From Bdellovibrionota bacterium (GTDB taxonomy: Bacteria > Bdellovibrionota_C > UBA2361 > JBGSMV01): a stretch of DNA of 64,000 nt. The stretch is from assembly GCA_044356455.1 (NCBI GenBank), contig JBIKWF010000002.1, forward strand, positions 67,202-131,201, given 5' to 3'. Below are positions 1 to 10,003 of the stretch, in pieces; the first letter of the stretch is position 1; every line of letters begins with the position of its first letter. The notes beneath the pieces are model-generated. The model did not search any database. It had not been told where the DNA came from and saw only the letters and a list, made by a program, of their open reading frames with translations. The position numbers were made by a program, and so were the translations under genes.

Positions 1-269
1 ACGGATCACTATCAGGTGCTACTCGATACCTGCATCCGTGAACTCGGCAGAGTCATGTATGATTTTGAGATACCCATCATCATGGAAGTGCTACCAGTCT
101 TTAAACTAGAAGATCTCATCGCTCGCACCAAAGGTGAAAACAACAAGGGCCTTGAAGCAGGACACGCGGCAATTGAAGCCATCGCCTGGCATAGGGACCT
201 AGATGCAGGCCGACTTGCGCCCGGGCACATGGCGCCGGGGTTTGGGAAGAGGGACTAGGAGAAGCAAAT

Positions 270-1331
270 CTACCCCAACTCAGGCCGAAGCGGCCGCGTC
301 ATAAGAAGCCGAACAAGCTCGGGTGCGTTTACTTCGCCCGCAAGTAGCCGTGCAACATTGTGAGTGATGGGCATTTCGACGTTGTGGCGCCGCGCCAGCT
401 CCACCACATGCGGAGTTGTTTCCACGCCTTCAGCTACTGACCCGAGCGCCCGCAAAATTTCGGGAAGCTTCTTGCCTCGCCCCAATTCAAGTCCAACAGT
501 GCGATTGCGACTCGCATCGCAGGTCGCCGTCATAACAAGATCTCCAAGCCCGGAAAGACCTGACAGCGTCCGCACATCTGCCCCCATGACCTGCGCAAGG
601 CGCATCATCTCGGCAAGTCCGCGCGTGATGAGTCCCGCACGCGCAGAGTCCCCTAGCTCAAGGCCGTCACACACCCCAACCGCAAGCGCGATGACGTTCT
701 TAACAATACCACCAAGCTCAACGCCCAAAGTGTCGCTGGAAGTGTAAACCTTCATCCATTCACAGGAGAACAAATCCGCCACGCGGCGCGCGGCCCTCTC
801 GTTTGACGAAGCAGCGACGAGCCCACACGGCCGAGCAACCGCCACATCTTTAGCGAAACTAGGACCCGAAAGTACCACAGCGCCGCTATACACAAGCCCC
901 GACTCGGCAAGACACTGCAAAGGGGTACGCAAGGTCTTTCCCTCGACCCCCTTTATGGCGCTCACGACTAGCGCCTCCGGAACAAAGGAAAGCTTGGGGA
1001 ACACCGCACTTATCGCAGCGGATGGAATCGCTATCACCACAAGCTCCCGCGTAAGCGCGGAAGCGAGATCGGTAGTTGCGGCGAAAGAATCGTGCAGCTT
1101 TACCTGGGAGAGAAATTTAGGATTCCGGTGCTCGGCATTTATTCCCGCAACTACGGGTTCTTCTATCGACCAGCCAAGGACATTAAATCCTTTAGCCGCA
1201 AGATGATTACCAAGCGCAGTCCCCCAATTACCAAGCCCAAGCACCGCCGCAAGCGGCAAATCTCGCGAGCCATTCTTCTCGCCACTAGCTTTCGAAGAAG
1301 GCGCAGATGGGGAATTGGTTTCCAATGGCAC
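270..1331 (-). CDS. gpsA: NAD(P)H-dependent glycerol-3-phosphate dehydrogenase
   Basis: N-terminal Rossmann motif GLGNWGTALGNHLAAKG and full-length resemblance to GpsA. GTG start overlaps the gyrA stop by 1 nt. Confidence 0.85.
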   Translation of the reverse strand: MPLETNSPSAPSSKASGEKNGSRDLPLAAVLGLGNWGTALGNHLAAKGFNVLGWSIEEPVVAGINAEHRNPKFLSQVKLHDSFAATTDLASALTRELVVIAIPSAAISAVFPKLSFVPEALVVSAIKGVEGKTLRTPLQCLAESGLVYSGAVVLSGPSFAKDVAVARPCGLVAASSNERAARRVADLFSCEWMKVYTSSDTLGVELGGIVKNVIALAVGVCDGLELGDSARAGLITRGLAEMMRLAQVMGADVRTLSGLSGLGDLVMTATCDASRNRTVGLELGRGKKLPEILRALGSVAEGVETTPHVVELARRHNVEMPITHNVARLLAGEVNAPELVRLLMTRPLRPELG

Positions 1332-3859
1332 TACTCCGGATCGGCTTCCATGAGGTGCGTTACGGCAACAACCTTTTCGCCCTCATCGAGATCGATAAGC
1401 TTAACGCCCTTCGTATTACGCCCAATTACGGACACGCCACTCGCCTTGATTCGGATAATTTTACCCGAAGTGGTGATGATCATAAGATCCGACTCGTTAT
1501 CAACCGCGCTCACGCCGACTACCGAGCCATTTCGCTCATCAGTCTTAATATCGATAACGCCCTTTCCGCCGCGGCTCTGTGAGCGGTAGTCCTCAATCAA
1601 GCTTCGCTTGCCGTATCCATTCTCGCATACGGACAGCAGAGTACCGTTTTTTCCAATTCTCGTCTCATCGGAAGCAACCGCAGCACCCTCAGGAGAACCT
1701 GCCTCAACGGATGCCGCGCCCACTGGAGGCGAGGCCTCAGTGGTCGCTACGACAGCCATTCCGACAACTTCGTCCCCTTCTTCAAGAGTCACTCCGCGCA
1801 CACCGCGCGCCCCGCGGCCCATGGCCCGAGCATCATCCTGAGAGAAGCGAATCGCCATTCCTGACTTAGTAGCAAGAATGATCTCGTCTCCCACAGAACA
1901 TATCGTTACCGCGATGAGGCTGTCGCCTTCATCAAGCGTGCAAGCGATAATCCCGCTCTTTCGCGCACGTGAGAACTCCATCAGGCCAACCTTCTTTACG
2001 ACACCTTTCTTGGTGACCATAAAGACAAAGCGGCTTTCATCAAATTTACGAATCGGCAAAATCGCGGTCGGAGTCTCATCAGACTTAAGCTGCACGAGAT
2101 TAATCAGAGCACGCCCACGCGCGGTGCGGCCGGCCTCCGGAACTTCATATACCTTGAGCCAATAGAGGCGACCCAAGCTAGTAAACACAAGAACATCAGA
2201 AAGAGTTGAGGCTACAAAGAGATGCTCAACAAAATCCTCATCCTTTGATGAGGCTCCGGTTATCCCCTTTCCGCCGCGGCGCTGCGCGCGATAGGTGGAA
2301 AGCGCCGTGCGCTTCAAGTAACCCTTACGGCTTACCGAAACGACCATCTCTTCATCTTCGATTAGATCCTCGACTTCAATGCTCTCCGAGCTATCAAGAA
2401 TCTCCGTCCGGCGATCATCTGCATAATCAGCTCGAATAGCCTTAAGTTCAGTGGTGATAATCGCGTCAACCTCACGTGGGTTGGCGAGAATGGAAAGAAG
2501 ACGCTGAATCTCTTTCCCAAGTTCCGCGTGCTCCTTCTCAATGGCAAGGCGCTCCATTCCGGTGAGCTTTTGCAAGCGCATTTCGAGGATCGCGTTCGCC
2601 TGAAGCTCACTGAGCTCATACTTCGCAATCAAACCAGAACGCGCGATCTCTACCGTCTCTGAAGACTTAATGAGCTGAATCACCTCATCGAGATTGAGCA
2701 GGACTATCCTGAATCCCTCAAGGAGATGCATGCGCTCTTTTGCCTTGCGCAAGTCGAACTGCGTACGCCGCGTTACCACGTCACGGCGGTGGTTGATGAA
2801 ATACTGAAGCAGCTTCGTGAGAGAGCAGACCACTGGCTTTCCATCAACGATGGCCAGATTGATCACACCAAAGCTCTCCTGCATGGGCGTAAGCTTAAAG
2901 AGCTGATTCAGGACGACTTCTGCGGTCGCATCACGCTTCACTTCAATCACGATGCGCATGCCGCTTCTATCAGACTCATCGCGCAGCCGTGCGATGCCGT
3001 CGATCAGTTTGTCATTAACCAGGTCCGCCATTTTCTCGATGAGGCGCGCCTTGTTAACTTGGAACGGAATCTCCGTAACAATTATCGCTTCCGCTTCACG
3101 AGAGCCGGTCTTAATGGTCTCAATGCTTGTGCGAGCGCGCACCTTGAGCACGCCCTTGCCGTGCGCATACGCACTTAAAATAGCACCTCGCCCATGAATG
3201 ACGCCGCCTGTGGGGAAGTCAGGGCCGGGGATCTTTTGCATCAGTTCTGCAAGAGAGATTGAAGGATTCTCAATCAGGGCTATCACACCATCGATCACCT
3301 CTCCCAAGTTATGGGGAGGGATGTGCGTGGCCATACCCACCGCGATACCGTCCGCGCCGTTTACCAGAAGATTGGGAATAGCCGCGGGGAGAACAAGTGG
3401 CTCAAGCGTGGTGTCGTCGAAGTTGGGGGTAAAATCAGTAGTGTCTTTCTCGATATCCTCGAGTAAGCGCTCAGAGAGCGCCGTCATGCGGCTTTCTGTA
3501 TATCGGTACGCCGCTGCCGGGTCACCGTCTATAGATCCAAAGTTGCCCTGCCCATCAACAAGCTGGTAGCGCATGTTCCAGGGCTGAGCCAAACGCACGA
3601 GCGCTTCATATACGGACGAATCACCGTGTGGATGGAATTTTTTTAAAACTTCACCGACAACACCCGCGCACTTTGAGTGCTTGCGATTAGAAAGCAGCCC
3701 CTCGCTGTGCATCGCATAAAGAATGCGGCGCTGAACGGGTTTTAAGCCGTCACGAACGTCGGGGAGCGCACGTCCAATGATAACGCTCATCGCGTAGTCC
3801 ATATAGGACTGGCGCATCTCGTCTTCGATGTTTACGGGGGTAATTGTTTCGGATTCCAT
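1331..3859 (-). CDS. gyrA: DNA gyrase subunit A
   Basis: 842 aa. N-terminus [13 protein letters not shown]...[17 protein letters not shown] is the QRDR region with the catalytic Tyr context. A C-terminal beta-pinwheel domain is present. Confidence 0.95.
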   Translation of the reverse strand: MESETITPVNIEDEMRQSYMDYAMSVIIGRALPDVRDGLKPVQRRILYAMHSEGLLSNRKHSKCAGVVGEVLKKFHPHGDSSVYEALVRLAQPWNMRYQLVDGQGNFGSIDGDPAAAYRYTESRMTALSERLLEDIEKDTTDFTPNFDDTTLEPLVLPAAIPNLLVNGADGIAVGMATHIPPHNLGEVIDGVIALIENPSISLAELMQKIPGPDFPTGGVIHGRGAILSAYAHGKGVLKVRARTSIETIKTGSREAEAIIVTEIPFQVNKARLIEKMADLVNDKLIDGIARLRDESDRSGMRIVIEVKRDATAEVVLNQLFKLTPMQESFGVINLAIVDGKPVVCSLTKLLQYFINHRRDVVTRRTQFDLRKAKERMHLLEGFRIVLLNLDEVIQLIKSSETVEIARSGLIAKYELSELQANAILEMRLQKLTGMERLAIEKEHAELGKEIQRLLSILANPREVDAIITTELKAIRADYADDRRTEILDSSESIEVEDLIEDEEMVVSVSRKGYLKRTALSTYRAQRRGGKGITGASSKDEDFVEHLFVASTLSDVLVFTSLGRLYWLKVYEVPEAGRTARGRALINLVQLKSDETPTAILPIRKFDESRFVFMVTKKGVVKKVGLMEFSRARKSGIIACTLDEGDSLIAVTICSVGDEIILATKSGMAIRFSQDDARAMGRGARGVRGVTLEEGDEVVGMAVVATTEASPPVGAASVEAGSPEGAAVASDETRIGKNGTLLSVCENGYGKRSLIEDYRSQSRGGKGVIDIKTDERNGSVVGVSAVDNESDLMIITTSGKIIRIKASGVSVIGRNTKGVKLIDLDEGEKVVAVTHLMEADPE

Positions 3860-4042
3860 ACGGTAAGAACTCTAGCCGCTAAGGTGCCTCGAAACAAGGT
3901 TACAAAATACCTTTCTTTTCTGCACAACACATTGAAACAACATGTGTTTTACGACTGCGGAAGACCTTCCTAAGCAAGCCACGGAACGCACCGAAGTAGG
4001 CCCTAAAATCGGGCGAAAATACTCCTTATAGCCGAAGCTATC

Positions 4043-4849
4043 GTGAGCGTACGGCCTCTCCGAACGCTCGGCCTAGAACGTTATTTCAAAACACCAATTG
4101 CGCCCCTCGCTCTGACTACTTCATGGGCGGGTGTCCATTCCGGCCACAGCCGCCCCGCAACCCAAAAAGAACGAGGAAACGCATATGAGCAGCTCACCGC
4201 AGCAGCAGGGCAAGGTGTATCTACGAATGTCCCACCGGCAGGAACAGAGATTAGCACGAGAAACATCGAGCGCGCCCGCTGGGCTTCTAAATCAACCGCT
4301 CAATTTGTATCCGGCTCAGAATTTCAAGAGCTCAAGGAGCTACACGGCCTGCATGTGATTGGAGTCGTAGGGTTCTCTGGTCAGTGGTCAGATCAAAAAA
4401 TCGAAGCCGACCCGTCACTGCGCAGCGACGCCGAGGCAGGAGCTGCGGTGCTTCGAGAATTTCTTACTCAAGCAAAGCAGCGCCACGGTTCTCGTCTCGT
4501 GGTCTCAAGCGGAGCGACTATGGAAGGCGTGCCCAAGATTATCTACTCTCTGTGTGAGGAGCTTGGCATCGAAGCGATGGGCGTCACATCCGCCAAGGCT
4601 TATGACTATGCATTGGGGAAAATGCGCTATCTGATTGTCGAAGGAGAGGACTGGGGACAGGAGTCGGCTACGTTTCTGAGGACCTCAGATGAAATAATAA
4701 TGATGGGCGGCGGCGGCCAAGCAAAGCGCGAAGCAATTGCCGCAAGCACTGAGGGGAAACCAGTAACAATTTTTCAGGGATTCAAGGGTACCGCCGACCA
4801 GCTTACGCAAGAAGACGTAAAAGGCGCTACGTTCCTCGCTCGTCACTAA
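4043..4849 (+). CDS. LOG/DprA-like Rossmann-fold nucleotide-binding protein (SLOG superfamily), start uncertain
   Basis: C-terminal half shows the VIGVVGFSG...GGGGQAKREAIAA pattern, which resembles the LOG family PGGxGTxxE motif. The first ~100 aa may not be coding. Confidence 0.5.
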   Translation: MSVRPLRTLGLERYFKTPIAPLALTTSWAGVHSGHSRPATQKERGNAYEQLTAAAGQGVSTNVPPAGTEISTRNIERARWASKSTAQFVSGSEFQELKELHGLHVIGVVGFSGQWSDQKIEADPSLRSDAEAGAAVLREFLTQAKQRHGSRLVVSSGATMEGVPKIIYSLCEELGIEAMGVTSAKAYDYALGKMRYLIVEGEDWGQESATFLRTSDEIIMMGGGGQAKREAIAASTEGKPVTIFQGFKGTADQLTQEDVKGATFLARH

Positions 4850-4904
4850 ACTATGTCTCTCCCAGGGGGCCGTGAGGGCGCTTGGGAGAGCTGCGCTCGC
4901 GCAA

Positions 4905-5033
4905 GTAAGGAGTCTCTGAAAAACCGCCTTTCTTAATACACCTCTGTGTACCTCCGTATTCTCTGTGGTGAAATTTTCATGAAGAATTTCACCACGGAGG
5001 GCGCAGAGGTGAATCTTTCAGGGGCTCCCTAAG
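4905..5033. repeat. MITE-like element, copy 1
   Basis: TIRs GTAAGGAGTCTCTGAAAAA and TTTCAGGGGCTCCCTAAG, with internal palindromes (ttaatacacctctgtgtacctc; ccgtggtgaa/ttcaccacgg). Ends 1 nt before a stop codon. Confidence 0.7.
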
Positions 5034-5717
5034 TCACTTTCCCTCTCTAGGGCTCGCATCAGCCGGTGTCGCAGCAGGCTCCTCCCCTTTCCCTTCTAAT
5101 TCTGCGCGAGGTTCGCGTTCCTTGATTCCTGAACGCTTCTGCACGACGGCTTCAAGCCCTTTATCACCCTCAAGCATGCGAGCAGTGTCTTTGGCGTGTT
5201 CGCCAAACTTATCCTCGGCGATTTGCTTTAGGCGATAGGCTCCCCAGAGAATTCCTCCAAGCATCGCAAGAAGTATCGCAGCCGGAATCTTTATCTCTGC
5301 CCAGTCCCTGAGGCGCTCTCCCCATACTTCTATAGAATCCTGAAGTGCCTGAGCCCGCCCAATTCCGCTTCCACGTGCACCAACACGCTTGACGTCTTTT
5401 ACATACACAGCCCCGGCAACAACATCTGATGTTTCAAGCCGCTTAAAGAGTATGCCTTTCGAGGATACTTCTTGAACTACAAGGCCCCCCTTGCGCACAA
5501 GCTCCCTCAAGTCATGCGAATCTCGAAGAGCAAGGCGAAAGGAAGTTCGTGGAAGAGAAAGGGAGGCTGTTTCTCCCTCGGGAGTTTTCGTCGCTCGAAT
5601 ATTGCTTGCGAATTCATGTTCAAGGAACTCACTGACTGAAGGGTCCAGCGCCTTCTGCTGCCCCGCGGGTCTCAGCACGACCATGTTGTTCGTATGCCGC
5701 GGTACTCGCGCAAACAT
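5034..5717 (-). CDS. hypothetical protein with a C-terminal hydrophobic helix
   Basis: Long ORF with a predicted TM segment AAILLAMLGGILWGAY. No motif recognised. Confidence 0.4.
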   Translation of the reverse strand: MFARVPRHTNNMVVLRPAGQQKALDPSVSEFLEHEFASNIRATKTPEGETASLSLPRTSFRLALRDSHDLRELVRKGGLVVQEVSSKGILFKRLETSDVVAGAVYVKDVKRVGARGSGIGRAQALQDSIEVWGERLRDWAEIKIPAAILLAMLGGILWGAYRLKQIAEDKFGEHAKDTARMLEGDKGLEAVVQKRSGIKEREPRAELEGKGEEPAATPADASPREGK

Positions 5718-5724
5718 GACAATC

Positions 5725-5976
5725 TCACGGAATGGTTAAGATGGGAGACCCAGACCAGACAAGGGCCAGGCACTCAGCAATAGCTGGCGGCGGTTTGTCC
5801 CCCTCTCCAGTAAGAATGATTCGTCCAAAAGTAGAAAGTTCTACCGCACCCCTAAGACGCGCCCGCTGGAACTCATCTAGACGAGCACGACTAAGAGCAA
5901 GATAGACATAGGCTGGGTTCTGGTGCTCGTCCTCAACGGCGCAGAGCACTAAAACTTCAGGCTCTTCTTCCATCAA
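5725..5976 (-). CDS. small hypothetical protein
   Basis: 83-aa ORF located 7 nt upstream of the previous gene on the same strand. Confidence 0.3.
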   Translation of the reverse strand: MMEEEPEVLVLCAVEDEHQNPAYVYLALSRARLDEFQRARLRGAVELSTFGRIILTGEGDKPPPAIAECLALVWSGSPILTIP

Positions 5977-6015
5977 GAAACGCTAGCATCGAGTAGAATG
6001 GCAACCAAACTTTTC

Positions 6016-6411
6016 TTAGCGAACCTCTGAAAAAGTCCACTCGGTGAGCTCTGTGCCCTCTGTGGTTAATTTAAACTGTTGAAAAATCAGAGAGAGAGAG
6101 AGAGAGAGAGAAAAAACTCCACTCTTAATACACCGCCGTGAACTCCGTGTCCTCCGTGGTGAATTCCTTGATGAAAGTTTCACCACGGAGTGAGCTGCAG
6201 AAATCTAGACCTGATCTTCCAGTTAATGTAGGGGTGTTTCGAGAGGGAAGCTTAAAACGCGAAGGACGCGATGGACACGAAGGTATTGAATTCTCTTCCC
6301 TTCGTATCCATCGCGTCCTTCGCGTTACAATCGGTAGCTCACAAAACCTCGGACACTGGCTGTAAGATTAAGTCGCGCCTTTCGCAGGTGAGTTTCTCAG
6401 AGGTTCCCTAA
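6016..6411. repeat. composite or nested MITE-like element, copy 2, containing an (AG)n microsatellite
   Basis: TIRs TTAGCGAACCTCTGAAAAA and TTTCTCAGAGGTTCCCTAA. The interior shares segments with copies 1, 3 and 5, plus an extra hairpin cgcgaaggacgcgatgga.../...tccatcgcgtccttcgcg. Confidence 0.65.
6089..6110. repeat. (AG)11 microsatellite
   Basis: Perfect AG dinucleotide run. Confidence 0.9.
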
Positions 6412-6462
6412 CTTTTGGCTGCGCCCAGCCATCCGAAGCTTGGGTTGAGAAAGGACGAGAGG

Positions 6463-7983
6463 TCAAAGTTCAAGCAAGTAGCGTGCAAGCGTTCGCGCCG
6501 CAAAACCCGTACCACCTTTACGCACGGCTCCCTTGTCTCCATCACTCATGGCCGGCCCCGCAATATCAAGATGCGCCCACGGGGTCTTGAGGACAAATTC
6601 CTTAAGGAACAATGCTGCGGTTATAGCGCCGCCCACGGGGCCTCCGGTATTCTTGATATCTGCGATAGGACTCTTAATTAAGTCTTTGTATTCTGGAGCA
6701 AGAGGCATACGCCAGAAGCGCTCACCTTCGGTAGCGCCCGCTTCAATGAGACCCGTGGCTAACTTTTCATCAGTGGCGAAAAGTCCTGCGTAGTCATTAC
6801 CAAGAGCCACGACACAAGCACCCGTGAGAGTCGCAACGTCAATAATTTGGTCGGTCCCTTCTTGCTCAGCAAGTGTGAGAGCATCGCTAAGAATAAGCCG
6901 GCCCTCTGCATCGGTGTTCAGAATCTCCATGCTTTTTCCGCTTATTCCACGCACGACATCTCCCGGTCTCGTGGCCCTTCCGTTGATCATATTCTCGACG
7001 GTTGGAATATACGCGCGCACTTCGTGTGGGCAGCCAAGCTCTGCAATAATTCGCAGGGCGCCAAGCACGGCAGCGGCACCTGACATGTCTATTTTCATCG
7101 TCTCCATACCGCCAGCGGTCTTTATGGAAAGTCCTCCACTATCAAAAGTGACGCCCTTACCAACAAGGGTAATCACACGCTTGGTCCGTTTTTTAGGCTT
7201 GTAGGCAAGTTTAAGAAGATAAGGAGGCTCCTCGCTTCCCTGAGCAACCGCGAGAAGTGCATGCGCGCCCAGCTTTTCAAGTTGCTTCTTATCGAACGCC
7301 TTAAACGAAAGTCCCCAGCGACGCGCGAGATCGCGCGCACTTTTAAGAAGCACTCCCGGTGTACAGTCTCGCGCCGGGGTATTTACTAGGTCTCGCGCCA
7401 ATATCGTCCCGCTCGTAAAGGCGCTTGCTTCTAAGACCGCGTCTCGCGCTCTTGAACCATCTCCCGAGGTAACGAGGCTAAGCTGCGGCGCTTTGAAAGA
7501 GTTCTTAACTTCGCTTTCATTCTTATAGCGAAGGAAGCGGTACATTCCGAGCTCAACGCCTTGCGCTATGGCCTGCACAAAGGCGCCGTCTTTCGAGAAC
7601 TCTCCGAGGAGAACCGCGACGGTTCGAGCCTTCACTCGTCTTGCGTGATCACTGATAGTGGCGCCTAGTTTTCGCGCCAGCGAAAAGCGATCGAAAGTTT
7701 CCTTATCCGCTTTTCCTGTTCCAAGCAGAACCAACTCAAGAATTTTCTTCCTTCTGAGCAGGGGAACAGAAAGAACTGCTCCCTTAGCACCTTCGAATTT
7801 CTCACGAAGCACAAGCTCCTTAAGAAGCCCCCCAGATAGATGGGAGAGCTCCTTGAGGGCTTCCTCCGAGCGCGGAAGAGACTTGGTTGAAGTAAGTGCC
7901 TTGGCAAGATCGGGCGAAGCGAGAGCCACCACAAGTTCTGAACCAAGAACCGACGCGGAGAATGGAATTACCTTCATGTTCAT
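6463..7983 (-). CDS. pepA: leucyl aminopeptidase (M17 family)
   Basis: NTDAEGRL motif and M17 architecture. The ORF-track start at 8154 runs through a MITE. The likely real start is at MNMKVIPF (about 7983). Confidence 0.85.
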   Translation of the reverse strand: MNMKVIPFSASVLGSELVVALASPDLAKALTSTKSLPRSEEALKELSHLSGGLLKELVLREKFEGAKGAVLSVPLLRRKKILELVLLGTGKADKETFDRFSLARKLGATISDHARRVKARTVAVLLGEFSKDGAFVQAIAQGVELGMYRFLRYKNESEVKNSFKAPQLSLVTSGDGSRARDAVLEASAFTSGTILARDLVNTPARDCTPGVLLKSARDLARRWGLSFKAFDKKQLEKLGAHALLAVAQGSEEPPYLLKLAYKPKKRTKRVITLVGKGVTFDSGGLSIKTAGGMETMKIDMSGAAAVLGALRIIAELGCPHEVRAYIPTVENMINGRATRPGDVVRGISGKSMEILNTDAEGRLILSDALTLAEQEGTDQIIDVATLTGACVVALGNDYAGLFATDEKLATGLIEAGATEGERFWRMPLAPEYKDLIKSPIADIKNTGGPVGGAITAALFLKEFVLKTPWAHLDIAGPAMSDGDKGAVRKGGTGFAARTLARYLLEL

Positions 7984-8044
7984 GCGCGCATTGTAAAGAG
8001 CACGAACGAATTGCGCCACGGAGCAGAAATAGAAGTACCTATTA

Positions 8045-8184
8045 CTAAGGAGCTTCTCAAAGATTTCAATTCCTAATACACCTCTGTGTACCTCTGCGTC
8101 CTCTGCGGTGAACCTCTTAACTATAATTTCATCACTGAGGACACGGAGGTACACAGAGGTGAGTTTTTCATAGGTTCCTTAAGT
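8045..8184. repeat. MITE-like element, copy 3
   Basis: TIRs CTAAGGAGCTTCTCAAAGA and TTTTTCATAGGTTCCTTAAG, with interior palindrome ttaatacacctctgtgtacctc.../...gaggtacacagaggtg. Confidence 0.65.
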
Positions 8185-8369
8185 AATGTTCTATTGTGGT
8201 GAGCACGCGACCGGCAGGGGAATGCACCTGGCGCCCGGAGCGGGGGAAAGCACAGCGCGGCTGCAATAGCCTCCAAGGGAATGCCCAACACCGGCCTAAG
8301 AGGCTGAAATTACTAGAGAGACAAGCGAGCCAGGGCCTTCAGTAATTTTCCTAACTTGTCGATCTTCCT

Positions 8370-9932
8370 GTGGGGATTGATGGGTCAGGGCCAGCTATGA
8401 ACAATTTTAATATGAATCAACGGCCAGCAAGCGCCTCGCACGATATTCTGTTCATTGATAGGGGAGACCCCACCTCTGCAAAGGTGCGCGAATCGCTTCA
8501 GCGCAAGGGCTTTACCGTCAAGGGAGCAAAGTCCGCCGAGGATGCCGCATCAGTCCTTGAATCACTCGTGCGGCCTATTCTTGTAATCGATTGCGGCACT
8601 CGTCCCGGGGCCAAGGAGTACGTCGGTCCCTTCTGCAAGATGCCTGCACTGCAGCGTGCTCCCGTTATTGTACTTGGGAAAGATGTTGACGGTCTTGCCA
8701 GTGAGCTGAAAGAGATCTTTGCTCTCGCCTCGACTCTTCGAACGCCATGTAGTCAGCAAGACCTGCTTGAGACGATTAACTACATCTCAACCAACTATCC
8801 TGATCCGAACGCTGCCCCGCGCAGTTCTTCCGGGGCCATAGCCCGCGAAACTCCCGCAACGCCCCCCAAAGTTGCTCCTGTTCCCCCCAAACCTGCGACG
8901 GAAGACGAACCACAAGTCCCAAGTCACCGGCTTTACGACCAAGCGGCCTCAATCCCCAGTCTCTTTTTTGAGCAGCTTCAGCGCTTCAACATTGTCGACA
9001 GGGAACTTGGAGGCGCAGACTTTGTTGCGATGTCGCACCCCACGGAGAATCTGCCCTTGGGTGCCCTGCCTTCCGATCCTAAGCGCAAGCAGCTCATAGG
9101 CGGCATTCAAGAGATCGCCGGGAAATGGGGGCGTAATCATCTTCTGCGCGTCGCGACACTCACACAAAGAATGCTGGCCCCACTTGAAATCGACCCCAGC
9201 TTAAGAGAAGCGGCTCAGGCCGCCTCCTCGCTCTACGCGCTCTCGATATCTGAGACCAATCGCTCCATTTTTAGAAAAGAGTTCATAGGACGAGGCTCAC
9301 TTCTTCTAAGGAAGGAACTTTGCAGCCGCGTTAAAGACAGCGCGTACGCGCTGGCCACGACCCACCAACTCCCGCGGGAAGCAGAGATTGTATCCACGCT
9401 CGCTAAACTTATCGGAAGAGAAGACGCCATAGCGGACACCCCCGTGAGCCTGGTCGCATCCGCAATTATGGCAAGCGACCTTGCCGATCGACTCTGTTAC
9501 CAATCTGGGCACTGGAACCCTCGCGCCGCTCACAGCCTGATGCGCCGTATCGGTTCCGGAAAACTCAGAGATCTTCACCCAGCGGTCACCTGCTGCCTTG
9601 CGAAGTTTCTCTCGGAGGCGCTTGCCAAGAGTAATCCTGCGCACCTCATCCGCAAGGATATTCGCGAGAACGTGGACCTCATCGAAAAGGCTCGCACTAA
9701 CAGAGAGCAACCCGTAGCCGCAAATGAAACGAAGATTACTCTCGACCGACTCCTTCCCGGGATGAAACTCTCGCAGCCTTTGTTTGCATTTGATGGCAAG
9801 CAGCTTCTCGAAGAGGACCTTACTCTCGATCAAGATCTCATCTGGCGCATATGGCAGCTTTCAGCCCTTAGGCCAATTAACGCTCCGGTCATTGTGGTGC
9901 GAAAAAGCGCGCCGACTGGCGCTGATAAGTAA
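8370..9932 (+). CDS. signalling protein with an N-terminal receiver-like domain and a C-terminal HDOD-like domain
   Basis: N-terminus ILFIDRGD...ILVIDCG resembles a REC fold and is followed by a Pro-rich linker. The C-terminal ~280 aa resembles an HDOD domain, weakly. Confidence 0.45.
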   Translation: MGIDGSGPAMNNFNMNQRPASASHDILFIDRGDPTSAKVRESLQRKGFTVKGAKSAEDAASVLESLVRPILVIDCGTRPGAKEYVGPFCKMPALQRAPVIVLGKDVDGLASELKEIFALASTLRTPCSQQDLLETINYISTNYPDPNAAPRSSSGAIARETPATPPKVAPVPPKPATEDEPQVPSHRLYDQAASIPSLFFEQLQRFNIVDRELGGADFVAMSHPTENLPLGALPSDPKRKQLIGGIQEIAGKWGRNHLLRVATLTQRMLAPLEIDPSLREAAQAASSLYALSISETNRSIFRKEFIGRGSLLLRKELCSRVKDSAYALATTHQLPREAEIVSTLAKLIGREDAIADTPVSLVASAIMASDLADRLCYQSGHWNPRAAHSLMRRIGSGKLRDLHPAVTCCLAKFLSEALAKSNPAHLIRKDIRENVDLIEKARTNREQPVAANETKITLDRLLPGMKLSQPLFAFDGKQLLEEDLTLDQDLIWRIWQLSALRPINAPVIVVRKSAPTGADK

Positions 9933-10003
9933 ACACCGCATTCCGCGACTTTGAGGTCTTCTTTGGTTAAAAAAAACAGCCAATAAGAGCACGAAGGGGG
10001 ATA

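Noticed and set aside
955-3569. Multiple plus-strand ORFs (e.g. 1092-1589, 2726-3178, 3198-3569) overlapping gyrA/gpsA
   Set aside because: They are antisense to strongly supported genes, have no motifs and have Pro/Arg/Ser-rich composition typical of out-of-frame GC-rich translation.
7984-8154. Extended N-terminus of the pepA ORF call
   Set aside because: The extension runs through a MITE copy, and the conserved PepA start MNMKVIPF lies downstream.
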